From assembly GCA_051652765.1 (NCBI GenBank), contig JBOFUV010000102.1:14959-78958 (forward strand): a DNA stretch of 64,000 nt. Reading direction: 5' to 3'. A program made the position numbers and the translations under genes. The stretch comes from Microcoleaceae cyanobacterium. Its GTDB lineage: Bacteria; Cyanobacteriota; Cyanobacteriia; Cyanobacteriales; Microcoleaceae. How positions within the stretch are numbered: position 1 is the stretch's first letter; each line of letters begins with the position of its first letter. The notes below the pieces were generated by a model, which saw nothing but the letters and a program-made list of their open reading frames with translations, ran no database searches and had not been told where the DNA came from. Below, in pieces: positions 40,793-49,554 of the stretch.

Positions 40793-42409
40793 ATGTTAGT
40801 TACAGACCAGCAACTGTTGTTCTATCAACGTTGCGATCGCCGTGCTTTTCTGGACACTTACGGAGAGTCGGGCCAAAAAGAGCCTCCAAGTGACTTTTTG
40901 CTGAAGCTGATGCAGGATAGTGCTGCTTTTCAGCAAGGCGTTCTAGCGAATCAGGTGTATGAAACTCCAAACTATTCTGAGAGAAACTGGGCTTCTGGGG
41001 CACGGGCAACCTTAGAGCTGATGCAACAGGGTGTAGAACGAATCTGCAGAGGGGTTCTGATGGTGATGCCAGAGCAACTCAGTCAAGTACAGTGGCTCCC
41101 AACTTCAGGGGAAGTTACGTTAGTCAGTTGTCCTGATATTCTAGTGAAACAACCCGGATATTCCAACTTTGGGGATTGGATCTATGTCCCAACGGATATT
41201 CGTCTGGGCAAGCGTCCTAAGCTAGACTACCAAATAATCGCGACATTTCATGCTCAAGTTCTGGCTTTTGTTCAAGGAACCCTGCCGGATGTCTCTTGGT
41301 TGATTCTGCGGGAGAAGGGAGCCTATGGCGTAAACCTTGGTCAGCGCCTTCACCAAATGCGAGAGATTTTGGCCAGCTATGTTGCTATGATGCTGCTCAA
41401 GCAGGAACCCGAGGTGTTCATTGCGCGTCAAAAATGTAGCTTGTGTCAGTGGTATCAAAGCTGTTATGCCGTGGCTCAAGCTCAGCACCATCTATCCCTG
41501 CTGCCCGGTGTAACGCCGACTCGGTATTTATGTTTACAAGATCTGAACCTTCTGAGTGTTGAAGCCTTGGCCCAAGCGGCTCCGGACGTGTTAGAAAACT
41601 GTCCAGAGTTTTCGGATGGCAGCGCCGTTCAAGTGATCCAACAGGCTCAGGCCATTTGGCAAAATCGAGCTGTTTTACGATTGGAGCCTCAAGCTAGTTT
41701 GGCACTTTCGACTGCAACAGGTTTAACTTCATCAGGTTCAACTTCATTAGGGGCTGGGAATCCTTCGAATGGTTCTGGCCAACCCCGAAAAAATGGCGAT
41801 CGCAGCTCAAGTGACCCAGGGAAAAGACCTGAGGATTTTTTGGGTTCCGCTCCAGTTGAACTGTACTTTGATCTTGAAGCTCAACCGGACTTAAATCTAG
41901 ATTATTTGCATGGTGTGCTAGTGGTTGATCAGCGTTCCAATACCCAAACATTTCATGGTCTCCTAGCAGAGCATCCAGAGGCGGGAGCAACAGTTTGGCA
42001 ACAATTTTTAGAGTTGGTTTGGACTTATCCGATTGCCCCAATTTATCATTTTTGTGACTATGAATCCAAAACAATTCAACGGCTGGCTAAACTTTACAAC
42101 ACTCCCCGTTATCTCTGGCAACCCTTACTCAAACGCTCTGTTGACATCCATCAAAAAGTGACTCAAGCCGTCACCCTGCCCGTGGAAAGCTATGCTCTCA
42201 AACCGATTGCCCGGTGGATGGGATTTGAATGGCGCGATGCCAATGCGAATGGGGCTCAATGTGTCTACTGGTACGAACAGTGGCTCAGGACAGGCGATCG
42301 CACCTTCCTTGAGGCCATCGTGCGCTATAACGAGGATGATTGTCGGGCAACCTATCATGTGAAAGAATGGTTGGCGGATTTCTTACAGAAAAGTTTTTTG
42401 CAGAACTAA
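40793..42409 (+). CDS. TM0106 family RecB-like nuclease
   Basis: QRC.RRAFLD, C.LC.W...C, YFDLE, ESYALK and YNEDDC.AT motifs. Confidence 0.92.
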   Translation: MLVTDQQLLFYQRCDRRAFLDTYGESGQKEPPSDFLLKLMQDSAAFQQGVLANQVYETPNYSERNWASGARATLELMQQGVERICRGVLMVMPEQLSQVQWLPTSGEVTLVSCPDILVKQPGYSNFGDWIYVPTDIRLGKRPKLDYQIIATFHAQVLAFVQGTLPDVSWLILREKGAYGVNLGQRLHQMREILASYVAMMLLKQEPEVFIARQKCSLCQWYQSCYAVAQAQHHLSLLPGVTPTRYLCLQDLNLLSVEALAQAAPDVLENCPEFSDGSAVQVIQQAQAIWQNRAVLRLEPQASLALSTATGLTSSGSTSLGAGNPSNGSGQPRKNGDRSSSDPGKRPEDFLGSAPVELYFDLEAQPDLNLDYLHGVLVVDQRSNTQTFHGLLAEHPEAGATVWQQFLELVWTYPIAPIYHFCDYESKTIQRLAKLYNTPRYLWQPLLKRSVDIHQKVTQAVTLPVESYALKPIARWMGFEWRDANANGAQCVYWYEQWLRTGDRTFLEAIVRYNEDDCRATYHVKEWLADFLQKSFLQN

Positions 42410-42432
42410 CACAGAACTAACACAGAATTAGC
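42401..42432. repeat. Tandem repeat CAGAACTAACA x~3 overlapping the TM0106 stop codon
   Basis: 11-bp period read directly. Confidence 0.85.
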
Positions 42433-42437
42433 TTAAT

Positions 42438-43616
42438 ATGATTCGTAAATTTAGCGGGTTTTTGATGGTTGGCTTAGGGTTGGTTGTGGCGATCGCCTTT
42501 TTGCATCAAACCCTAATAGTTCAGGCAGACTCGAAAAAATTAGAGTTTTTAGGTCAAGCGACGTTCCCAACGGGGTCGCTGTTTGAACAGACTGAGATCG
42601 GAGGATTGTCAGGCATTACTTATAATCCAGATCTGGATGTTTACTATGTAATTTCTGATGATCGAGGCGAGAAAACACCCCCGAGATTTTATACCTTAAA
42701 GATTGATGTGAAGTCCGGTTTGCAACCCAAGGTTAATCCTGATGCCGAACCCAGTGCCAGTAAGGGTTCCTTTGATGAAACTTTAGTCAATATTCAAACT
42801 GCAACTTTCCTTCGGGATAGACAAGGTCAGCTATTGCCTGCCTATACTGCTGATCCAGAAGGGATTGCCTTTGCTGGAGAGAGTGTGTTTATTTCTTCAG
42901 AAGGAGATGTCGTCCGCAATATTCCCCCATTTATTAAAGAATTCTCTTTGGCAGGTCAGGAACTTCAAGACCTCCCGATTCCTACAAAATTTCTCACTTC
43001 AGCAGATGACAAAAACTTTGGAACGCGCAACAATTTAGCCCTAGAAAGTTTAACTCTAACCCCAAGTAAAACCTCTTTATTCACAGCGACAGAGGGTGCT
43101 TTAATTCAAGATGGAGAGCCTGCAACTCCCAAGCAGGGCAGTCCCAGTCGGATTATTCACTATGATTTGAATACTGGAAAACCTGACCGGGAATATATCT
43201 ATCAGTCTGAACCTATTGCCGTTTTATCTGATCTTGATCAGGAGTTCAAGGTGAGTGGATTGGTTGAACTTTTAGCCTTAGATGAAACTCGCTTTTTGAG
43301 CTTGGAACGTTCTTTTTCCATCAGTGCTGGAAACGTGATTCAACTTTTCAAAGTTTCCCTGGATGACGCTGATCAGGTTCAAGGCATTGACCGTCTTCAA
43401 GACCAAATTACCCAATTTTCTCCGGTTCATAAAACCCCATGGTTGAACTTAAATTCCCTAGGTCTGACTTTGGACAATGTTGAGGGCATGACCTTTGGCC
43501 CTGAATTGCCCGACGGGCGGCGATCGCTGATCCTAGTGAGTGACAACAACTTTAATCCTATACAAGTGACTCAGATTTTACTCTTTGCTGTTCCTCCAGA
43601 AGATCTGATGTTCTAG
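42438..43616 (+). CDS. Esterase-like activity of phytase family protein
   Basis: GGLSGI, ISDDR, DPEGI, DNVEGM and VSDNNF motifs; signal peptide. Confidence 0.9.
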   Translation: MIRKFSGFLMVGLGLVVAIAFLHQTLIVQADSKKLEFLGQATFPTGSLFEQTEIGGLSGITYNPDLDVYYVISDDRGEKTPPRFYTLKIDVKSGLQPKVNPDAEPSASKGSFDETLVNIQTATFLRDRQGQLLPAYTADPEGIAFAGESVFISSEGDVVRNIPPFIKEFSLAGQELQDLPIPTKFLTSADDKNFGTRNNLALESLTLTPSKTSLFTATEGALIQDGEPATPKQGSPSRIIHYDLNTGKPDREYIYQSEPIAVLSDLDQEFKVSGLVELLALDETRFLSLERSFSISAGNVIQLFKVSLDDADQVQGIDRLQDQITQFSPVHKTPWLNLNSLGLTLDNVEGMTFGPELPDGRRSLILVSDNNFNPIQVTQILLFAVPPEDLMF

Positions 43617-43726
43617 ATTTACCCAAAGTAAAAATTAAGGGGCGCATCTGTCTTTTTACGGTTGATTTTGTAAGTACTTTTGTAGGTAATTTTGTAAGTA
43701 ACTTTGCAAGTTGTTAGCGGTTCAAA

Positions 43727-44146
43727 TTAGGCAAACAAATCCAAGGGAAAATGCCCATAGATGCCGTTGAATCCCTTGCTCTCTGGCGATTGATAGGAGA
43801 CCAACACTCCTCGGTATTGTTCAGCATAAGAAGCTGCGTAAAAAGATTGAGCACGGCCATTAAATTTGAGATAAACGGCTCCCTCAACCGGAGACAGTTT
43901 GCTCTGATCAAGAACGATAGTGCTATAGTTGAATGCCTGTAAATATTGATGCAATGTAGTGAATGCTTCCTCCAAAGAATCAGCACAAATACCAAACATT
44001 TGATATTCAGAGTCTTGAGCAAGACTTTTTAGCGCTGCCTGAACCTGCTCAACTTTCTCTGAAGAAATGAAAGATTGAGTTTTAACGCAAGTAAATTCTT
44101 CTAAGAGTTGCTGTGCTGCCTGAACAATCGGAGAAGTAGAGTTCAA
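43727..44146 (-). CDS. DUF1824 family protein
   Basis: FGICAD, VYLKFN, YRGVLVS and YGHFPLDLF motifs. Confidence 0.88.
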   Translation of the reverse strand: MNSTSPIVQAAQQLLEEFTCVKTQSFISSEKVEQVQAALKSLAQDSEYQMFGICADSLEEAFTTLHQYLQAFNYSTIVLDQSKLSPVEGAVYLKFNGRAQSFYAASYAEQYRGVLVSYQSPESKGFNGIYGHFPLDLFA

Positions 44147-44172
44147 AACTTTTGATGGGTTGAAACTTTAAG

Positions 44173-44194
44173 GGGACGGCCTTTAAACCGTCCC
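44173..44194 (-). terminator. GC hairpin downstream of 44207-44560
   Basis: GGGACGG-N8-CCGTCCC. Confidence 0.55.
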
Positions 44195-44206
44195 ACTATA
44201 CTACCA

Positions 44207-44560
44207 CTAAGCAAGATTCAATTCTCCTTGTTGATTAGAAGGGTCAAGCAAGATCGTGACTGAAGAAACCCGCTCCAGAATTTGATTCACAGGAGAGTTT
44301 ACCCCTTCCTCTGTCTCTGGAATAGGAACCAACATCGAATCTGCGGGTCGCACCCACATCTCGCCCTGTTTGAAAGCCAAGCGCAATTGACCACCTTGTT
44401 TCCAAGCGTGGAACTTAACTGCATTCCAGCGAGGATTCACAGGATATCCTGCAAATCCTGAACGTAGTGCTGGAATACAAGCGTCATCTAGGAACGTCAT
44501 CACCTGGATGCCGTCGGCAATTTGAACTTTTTTGGCCAGATTTTGCGGTTTCAATCCCAA
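44207..44560 (-). CDS. Conserved-looking cyanobacterial hypothetical protein
   Basis: AAGGAGGTG SD before TTG; ALRSGFAGYP.NPRW...KF.AWK segment. Confidence 0.75.
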   Translation of the reverse strand: MGLKPQNLAKKVQIADGIQVMTFLDDACIPALRSGFAGYPVNPRWNAVKFHAWKQGGQLRLAFKQGEMWVRPADSMLVPIPETEEGVNSPVNQILERVSSVTILLDPSNQQGELNLA

Positions 44561-44846
44561 TTCACCTCCTTTAAGTTTTGTATAGGGCCAACTATTAGCA
44601 TTGTAACGATGCGGTCTACCCGGTTACAACCAGAGTTAACAAAAAGTGAAAACGCTGCTTACTCCTCTCTTCAAGGAATTGGAAGACCAAATCCGGAGAG
44701 TTGAAAACAGTTCCGTGAAATTAGTGATTTGACTTAATTTCCTTGCAAATCAACCCTTAACATTCCAAGTCATGTGTATAATTTTGTGCGAGACATTCAT
44801 CAAACGGCTCCGAGATTTTTATCTGCCTCAATTTTGAAATTCAGCC

Positions 44847-45494
44847 ATGTATATCCAAACCATTTTTAGAGTTGCTATGGCAGCCACTATTGTCTGTGCT
44901 TTTCCTTTGGCTGCAAATGCCCAGACCGTTAATGCCCGCTGCGATATTTATCCCCAAGGCGAAGATAGGGCTTCTGCTGTGCTACCCTGCACCTTCTCTC
45001 AACGTCAAGGGGCTGTCCGGATTACTCGGCAAGATGGCGTTACCCATGAACTAAGTCCAACAGGTTCGGAACCAGGGAACTATCTGGATCAAAACGGCAA
45101 AGCCGCTTACCGTCAGGCTGGCTTGGGCGATCGCGGTCAAATTTATCGTCTTGCCAATGAGTCAGTTTATGTTTATTGGGATACTGCAGGGCTACCTTCC
45201 TCGAGCAACACTAGCAAGAATCCAGTTACCTCTACCACCGTAATCGACCCCAACCATATCAATGTCCAGATTACTGAAGGAGAATTCTCCTTCCGAGGTA
45301 CCCTGACCAAACTGCCGGGGCCGGATTATTCGGGCAGCGATGGACGGGTGCGCGTGGTGCTGACCCCTAGCAGTGGACGTGTCCTCATCTTTAACGAAGT
45401 AACGGGGAAAACTTTCTATGACTACAAGATCAATCCAGTGGCGGTGGGTGAAGATCCAAATACTATGTGCAACCCTGCCCTAGAACGTTGTTAG
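44847..45494 (+). CDS. Secreted hypothetical protein
   Basis: Signal peptide ending ANA-Q; ARCDIYP...PCTFSQRQG domain; own terminator. Confidence 0.8.
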   Translation: MYIQTIFRVAMAATIVCAFPLAANAQTVNARCDIYPQGEDRASAVLPCTFSQRQGAVRITRQDGVTHELSPTGSEPGNYLDQNGKAAYRQAGLGDRGQIYRLANESVYVYWDTAGLPSSSNTSKNPVTSTTVIDPNHINVQITEGEFSFRGTLTKLPGPDYSGSDGRVRVVLTPSSGRVLIFNEVTGKTFYDYKINPVAVGEDPNTMCNPALERC

Positions 45495-45497
45495 AGG

Positions 45498-45532
45498 GCA
45501 GCGTTATAAAGTTGTTATAACGCTGCGGTTTT
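45498..45532 (+). terminator. Intrinsic terminator
   Basis: GCAGCGTTATAA-agttg-TTATAACGCTGC-GGTTTT. Confidence 0.8.
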
Positions 45533-45629
45533 CGCAATTGGCAGTATAGCGCGATCGCTCGCACTCTGGAAAGTAGACTTTATCGAATTGCAATTTCCTT
45601 CAGATGCAGAGCCTAAATGGCTGTTGGAA

Positions 45630-46204
45630 GTCAGTCGTCTGGTACTTCCATGAAAACTAAAACGATTACTTTCTCGACTCAATTTCCTCTCGGTACTTTT
45701 CTAACCGATTGTTGATCTCTTTTTTTTCATCGACTAGCTCAAGGTCTTGACAAGGATTCTGCTTTTGAGACTTCTTCCAAGAAATCCCTGCTTCTTGAAA
45801 CAGGTCGTAGTAGCTTGATTTTGCCGCAAACATCACATCAAACTGCTCCATAATGTAGCGTTCCAGTTCATTAAGATTCCAATAATTCTTGTGTTTCAAC
45901 CAGCTCCGAACTCGCTGCTTTTGTTCAGCCGTGAGGTATCCTTTTGTCCCTTGATAAGCCAATTTCAGCCCTTCCACGCCTCTGAGCATAAAAGCCTGTT
46001 TCCACTTGCTAATGAATCCAGAACAAACCTGCAAGATTGCCATTATCTCTTCATGGGTGTAGCCCTGTAGGGTCATGCTGACGGCAAGGGCTCGTTTCAG
46101 CTCTCTTGGGTCAGGATTAGAGACAATAAAGGCAGCGAGTTCTTCCATTAAACTAACCAGTAGCTTTGTTTCAGTTTCTCACACATGATTTCTGACTACT
46201 ATGG
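45630..46204 (-). mobile_element. Truncated IS630-family element (HTH portion 45666-46148, no DDE domain)
   Basis: RELKRALAV, FISKWK..F...GVEGL.L.Y.G and SYYDLF..AGISWKK motifs; A8 tract; end resembling TAGTAGTCAGAAATCATGTGTGA near 46180-46203. Confidence 0.85.
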
Positions 46205-46229
46205 ATAACATTTTTGTCATTCAGCCGTC

Positions 46230-47867
46230 CTAAATTGGACAAGACAGAATCTGCGATCGCTGGCTAAATCGAGCATTTTCTCGATAGTCTACCGGGCAGT
46301 CAATCACGGTCGGCACATCTTGGGCCAAGGCTTCCTTCAGAATCGGAACCAACTCGGCTGCCGACTCTACTCGATACCCTTTTAACCCCATACTCTCGGC
46401 AAATTTTACAAAATCAGGATTATTGAACTTAATGTAGGCAGAGTGACCAAACTGATCTTCCTGTTTCCATTCAATCAAGCCATAGCCTCCGTCATTAAAG
46501 ACCAAAGTCACAAAGGCCGTTCCGACTCGTAATGCAGTTTCTAGTTCTTGACAATTCATCATGAATCCTCCATCTCCAGTCGCCGCAACAACTTTCACAT
46601 CGGGGTTCACGAGTTTGGCAGCGATCGCCCCTGGAATGGCAATTCCCATGGCCGCAAATCCATTGGAGATCAAGCAAGTATTGGGGCGATCGCAGTGGTA
46701 GTGACGAGCAATCCACATCTTATGGGCCCCCACATCGGAAATCACAATATCACTTGGCCCCATCACTTGGCGCAGGTCATAAATTAGTTTTTGGGGTTTG
46801 ATGGGATAGCTATTATCCTGTTCATACTGTTCGTAATCTTGGCGAATTTCGGTGCGTAATTCTAGGGCGTGGGCATCGGATTTGCCGCTGCGATCCGAAC
46901 GGCGTAAAATTTCCATGAGGGAATCAGAAATATCCCCAATAATTTCGGCAATGGGAATATAACTACTGTCGATTTCCGCTGAAGTGGACGCAATATGAAT
47001 AATTGGAATCGTTCGATTCGGGTTCCACCGTTTTGGCGAGTATTCAATCAGATCATAGCCAATGGCAATCACTAAATCGGTTTCATCAAAAGCACAACTG
47101 ATAAAATCTCGTTTTTGTAATCCGGTTGTCCATAGGGACAGGGGATGGGTGTAAGGAATCGCCCCTTTGCCCATGAAGGTATTGACCACAGGAATATTGA
47201 GTTGAGTGGCAAACTCGGTAACCGCGTCACTGGCATTGGCTCTCAGGGCTCCGTTTCCCACTAAAATTAACGGGTTTTTCGCCTTGGAGATCGCGATCGC
47301 GGCCTCGTTCATACTGTGGTAAGCAGAGTACACTTTTTCTCGGTTGTCTCGTCGGAGGGGTTGACCTTCAACAGCCATAGCCGCAATATTTTCAGGCAGA
47401 TCAATATGCACCGCACCGGGCTTTTCCGATTGGGCAATTTTGAAGGCTTTGCGAACAATTTCTGGGGTGTTGCTCGGGCGAACAATCTGAGAATTCCATT
47501 TGGTCACCGGGGCAAACATGGCCACCAAGTCCAAGTATTGGTGGGATTCAATGTGCATTCGATCCGTGCCGACCTGTCCCGTAATCGCAACTAAGGGCGC
47601 ACCATCCAAGTTCGCATCGGCAACCCCGGTAATTAAGTTAGTCGCTCCCGGCCCTAGAGTTGAGAGGCAAACCCCCGCCTTGCCCGTTAACCGTCCGTAG
47701 ACATCGGCCATAAAAGCTGCGCCCTGTTCATGGCGAGTAGTGATGAATTGAATTGAGGACTGTTGCAGGGCTTCTAGAACTGCCATATTCTCTTCACCGG
47801 GCAGTCCAAAAACATATTCAACGCCTTCATTTTCCAAGCACTTGACTAAAAGTTCTGCTGTGTTCAT
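46230..47867 (-). CDS. ogdA: 2-oxoglutarate decarboxylase (acetolactate synthase-like TPP enzyme)
   Basis: FGLPGEEN, RHEQGAAF and GDGGFMMN motifs; paired with SSADH as in the cyanobacterial TCA shunt. Confidence 0.85.
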   Translation of the reverse strand: MNTAELLVKCLENEGVEYVFGLPGEENMAVLEALQQSSIQFITTRHEQGAAFMADVYGRLTGKAGVCLSTLGPGATNLITGVADANLDGAPLVAITGQVGTDRMHIESHQYLDLVAMFAPVTKWNSQIVRPSNTPEIVRKAFKIAQSEKPGAVHIDLPENIAAMAVEGQPLRRDNREKVYSAYHSMNEAAIAISKAKNPLILVGNGALRANASDAVTEFATQLNIPVVNTFMGKGAIPYTHPLSLWTTGLQKRDFISCAFDETDLVIAIGYDLIEYSPKRWNPNRTIPIIHIASTSAEIDSSYIPIAEIIGDISDSLMEILRRSDRSGKSDAHALELRTEIRQDYEQYEQDNSYPIKPQKLIYDLRQVMGPSDIVISDVGAHKMWIARHYHCDRPNTCLISNGFAAMGIAIPGAIAAKLVNPDVKVVAATGDGGFMMNCQELETALRVGTAFVTLVFNDGGYGLIEWKQEDQFGHSAYIKFNNPDFVKFAESMGLKGYRVESAAELVPILKEALAQDVPTVIDCPVDYRENARFSQRSQILSCPI

Positions 47868-48015
47868 GGTAAGAAGCTACTGATTAAAACGAATTTGAAT
47901 TGATCGTAAGCGCAGTCATCATCGCCTATTCTCGAGCAGAATGCCGGTTTGCACGACGGCTCACGGCTGAGTCGAGATGGCGATCGTACTGACACTTAGG
48001 GGTTGCTCTAACACC

Positions 48016-49380
48016 CTACTTCACCCAAACAGCCTTGATGTTGACAAATTCATGCATCCCCTGAATACTCAGTTCTCGACCGTAGCCTGAATGTTTGATG
48101 CCGCCAAAGGGGAGACGGGGATCAGATTTGACCAAACCATTGATAAACACAGCTCCAGCTTCCAGTTCGGTCATCAGGCGATCACGCTCTAGGGCATCCG
48201 TTGTCCAGGCACTGGCCCCCAGACCAAAGGAAGTACTGTTGGCTAGGGCAATTGCTTCATCCAGGGTCTTAATTCGGAACATGAGCGCTACAGGCCCAAA
48301 GAATTCCTCTTGATCGGCTGGAGTGCCTGGGGGAATTTTAGTCAAAATCGTTGGTGGATAAAAGTTCCCTGAACGATCCAGGGCTTCACCCCCGATCAGG
48401 AGACTCGCTCCTTTGGCCAGACAAGTCTGAACTTGTTCATCCAATTCTTGCAGAATATCTGGGGTCGCCAGCGGGCCAACATCCGTATCCAACATCATCG
48501 GATCGCCCAGTTTCAGGGCAGCAAATTTTTCGGCCAGACGTTGTTCAAATTCATCGGCAATGGACTCAGCCAGAATAAAGCGCTTGGCTGCAATGCAGGA
48601 CTGACCATTGTTTAACATCCGGGCAGTGACGGCGGCTTCGATGGCGGCATTGAGATCGGCGCTCTCCAAAACAATAAACGGATCACTTCCCCCCAATTCT
48701 AGAAGGGTTTTCTTGATATGTTTCCCCGCTAGGGAGGCGAGACTTGCTCCCGCAGGTTCACTCCCTGTAAGGGTTCCCGCTTTTACCCGTTCGTCTGTAA
48801 TCACTTGAGCAACTTTGTCTGAGCCAATCAGTAGGGTTTGGAGGGTGCCCTCGGGAAACCCTGCTGCCTGAAAAATCTCAGCGATCTTGAGGGCACATTG
48901 GGGTACATTAGAGGCGTGTTTTAGTAAACCCACATTCCCCGCCATCAGCGCTGGAGCCGCAAATCGAAACACTTGCCAGAACGGGAAGTTCCAAGGCATG
49001 ACTGCTAAGATTGGCCCTAGGGGCTGATAGCGAATAAAGCTTTGGCTTGCATCCGTTGCCACTGGAGTATCGGCTAAAAACTGAGCGGCATGTTCGGCAT
49101 AGTAACGGCAGACCCAGGCACTCTTTTTGGCCTCTGCGATCGCCGCACTCAGAGGTTTTCCCATTTCCAGGGTCATGAGCTTACCGCAGGATTCGGCTTG
49201 TTGCTCTAGGATGTCTGCGGCCTGCTGCATCCACGTTGCGCGTTGTGCAATTGGCACCCAACGATACTGCTGAAATGCCTGCTGCGCTAGTTCCAGACAC
49301 CGTTCGATTTCCGCATCGGTCAAAGGCTCGAACGTTTTCAGCAATTCCCCCGTCGCTGGATTAATTGTAGCGATCCCCAT
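48016..49380 (-). CDS. gabD: NADP-dependent succinate-semialdehyde dehydrogenase
   Basis: MPWNFPFWQ, LELGGSD, NNGQSCIAAKR and EEFFGPV motifs. Confidence 0.92.
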   Translation of the reverse strand: MGIATINPATGELLKTFEPLTDAEIERCLELAQQAFQQYRWVPIAQRATWMQQAADILEQQAESCGKLMTLEMGKPLSAAIAEAKKSAWVCRYYAEHAAQFLADTPVATDASQSFIRYQPLGPILAVMPWNFPFWQVFRFAAPALMAGNVGLLKHASNVPQCALKIAEIFQAAGFPEGTLQTLLIGSDKVAQVITDERVKAGTLTGSEPAGASLASLAGKHIKKTLLELGGSDPFIVLESADLNAAIEAAVTARMLNNGQSCIAAKRFILAESIADEFEQRLAEKFAALKLGDPMMLDTDVGPLATPDILQELDEQVQTCLAKGASLLIGGEALDRSGNFYPPTILTKIPPGTPADQEEFFGPVALMFRIKTLDEAIALANSTSFGLGASAWTTDALERDRLMTELEAGAVFINGLVKSDPRLPFGGIKHSGYGRELSIQGMHEFVNIKAVWVK

Positions 49381-49554
49381 AGCAGTATTTGGAGTTTCTC
49401 CAGATGAAATCTCTATAGTTTCATCCTAACGCTGAACCTGACCTAACTTTTGCTGAAAGAATAAGTCATGTCAGAATTGCAACAAATTGATATCCTTGTT
49501 GAACTATGTTGAACTATTTTTAAGGTTCTTTGTCAGTGTTGAGCTAGTTTAGGG

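Noticed and set aside
24788..42409. Uma2, MoxR and TM0106 as a defence system
   Set aside because: They are scattered, individually common in cyanobacteria and not in one operon
44622..44639. TGTAAC...GTTACA palindrome near 44600-44630 as an NtcA site
   Set aside because: The spacing does not fit GTA-N8-TAC
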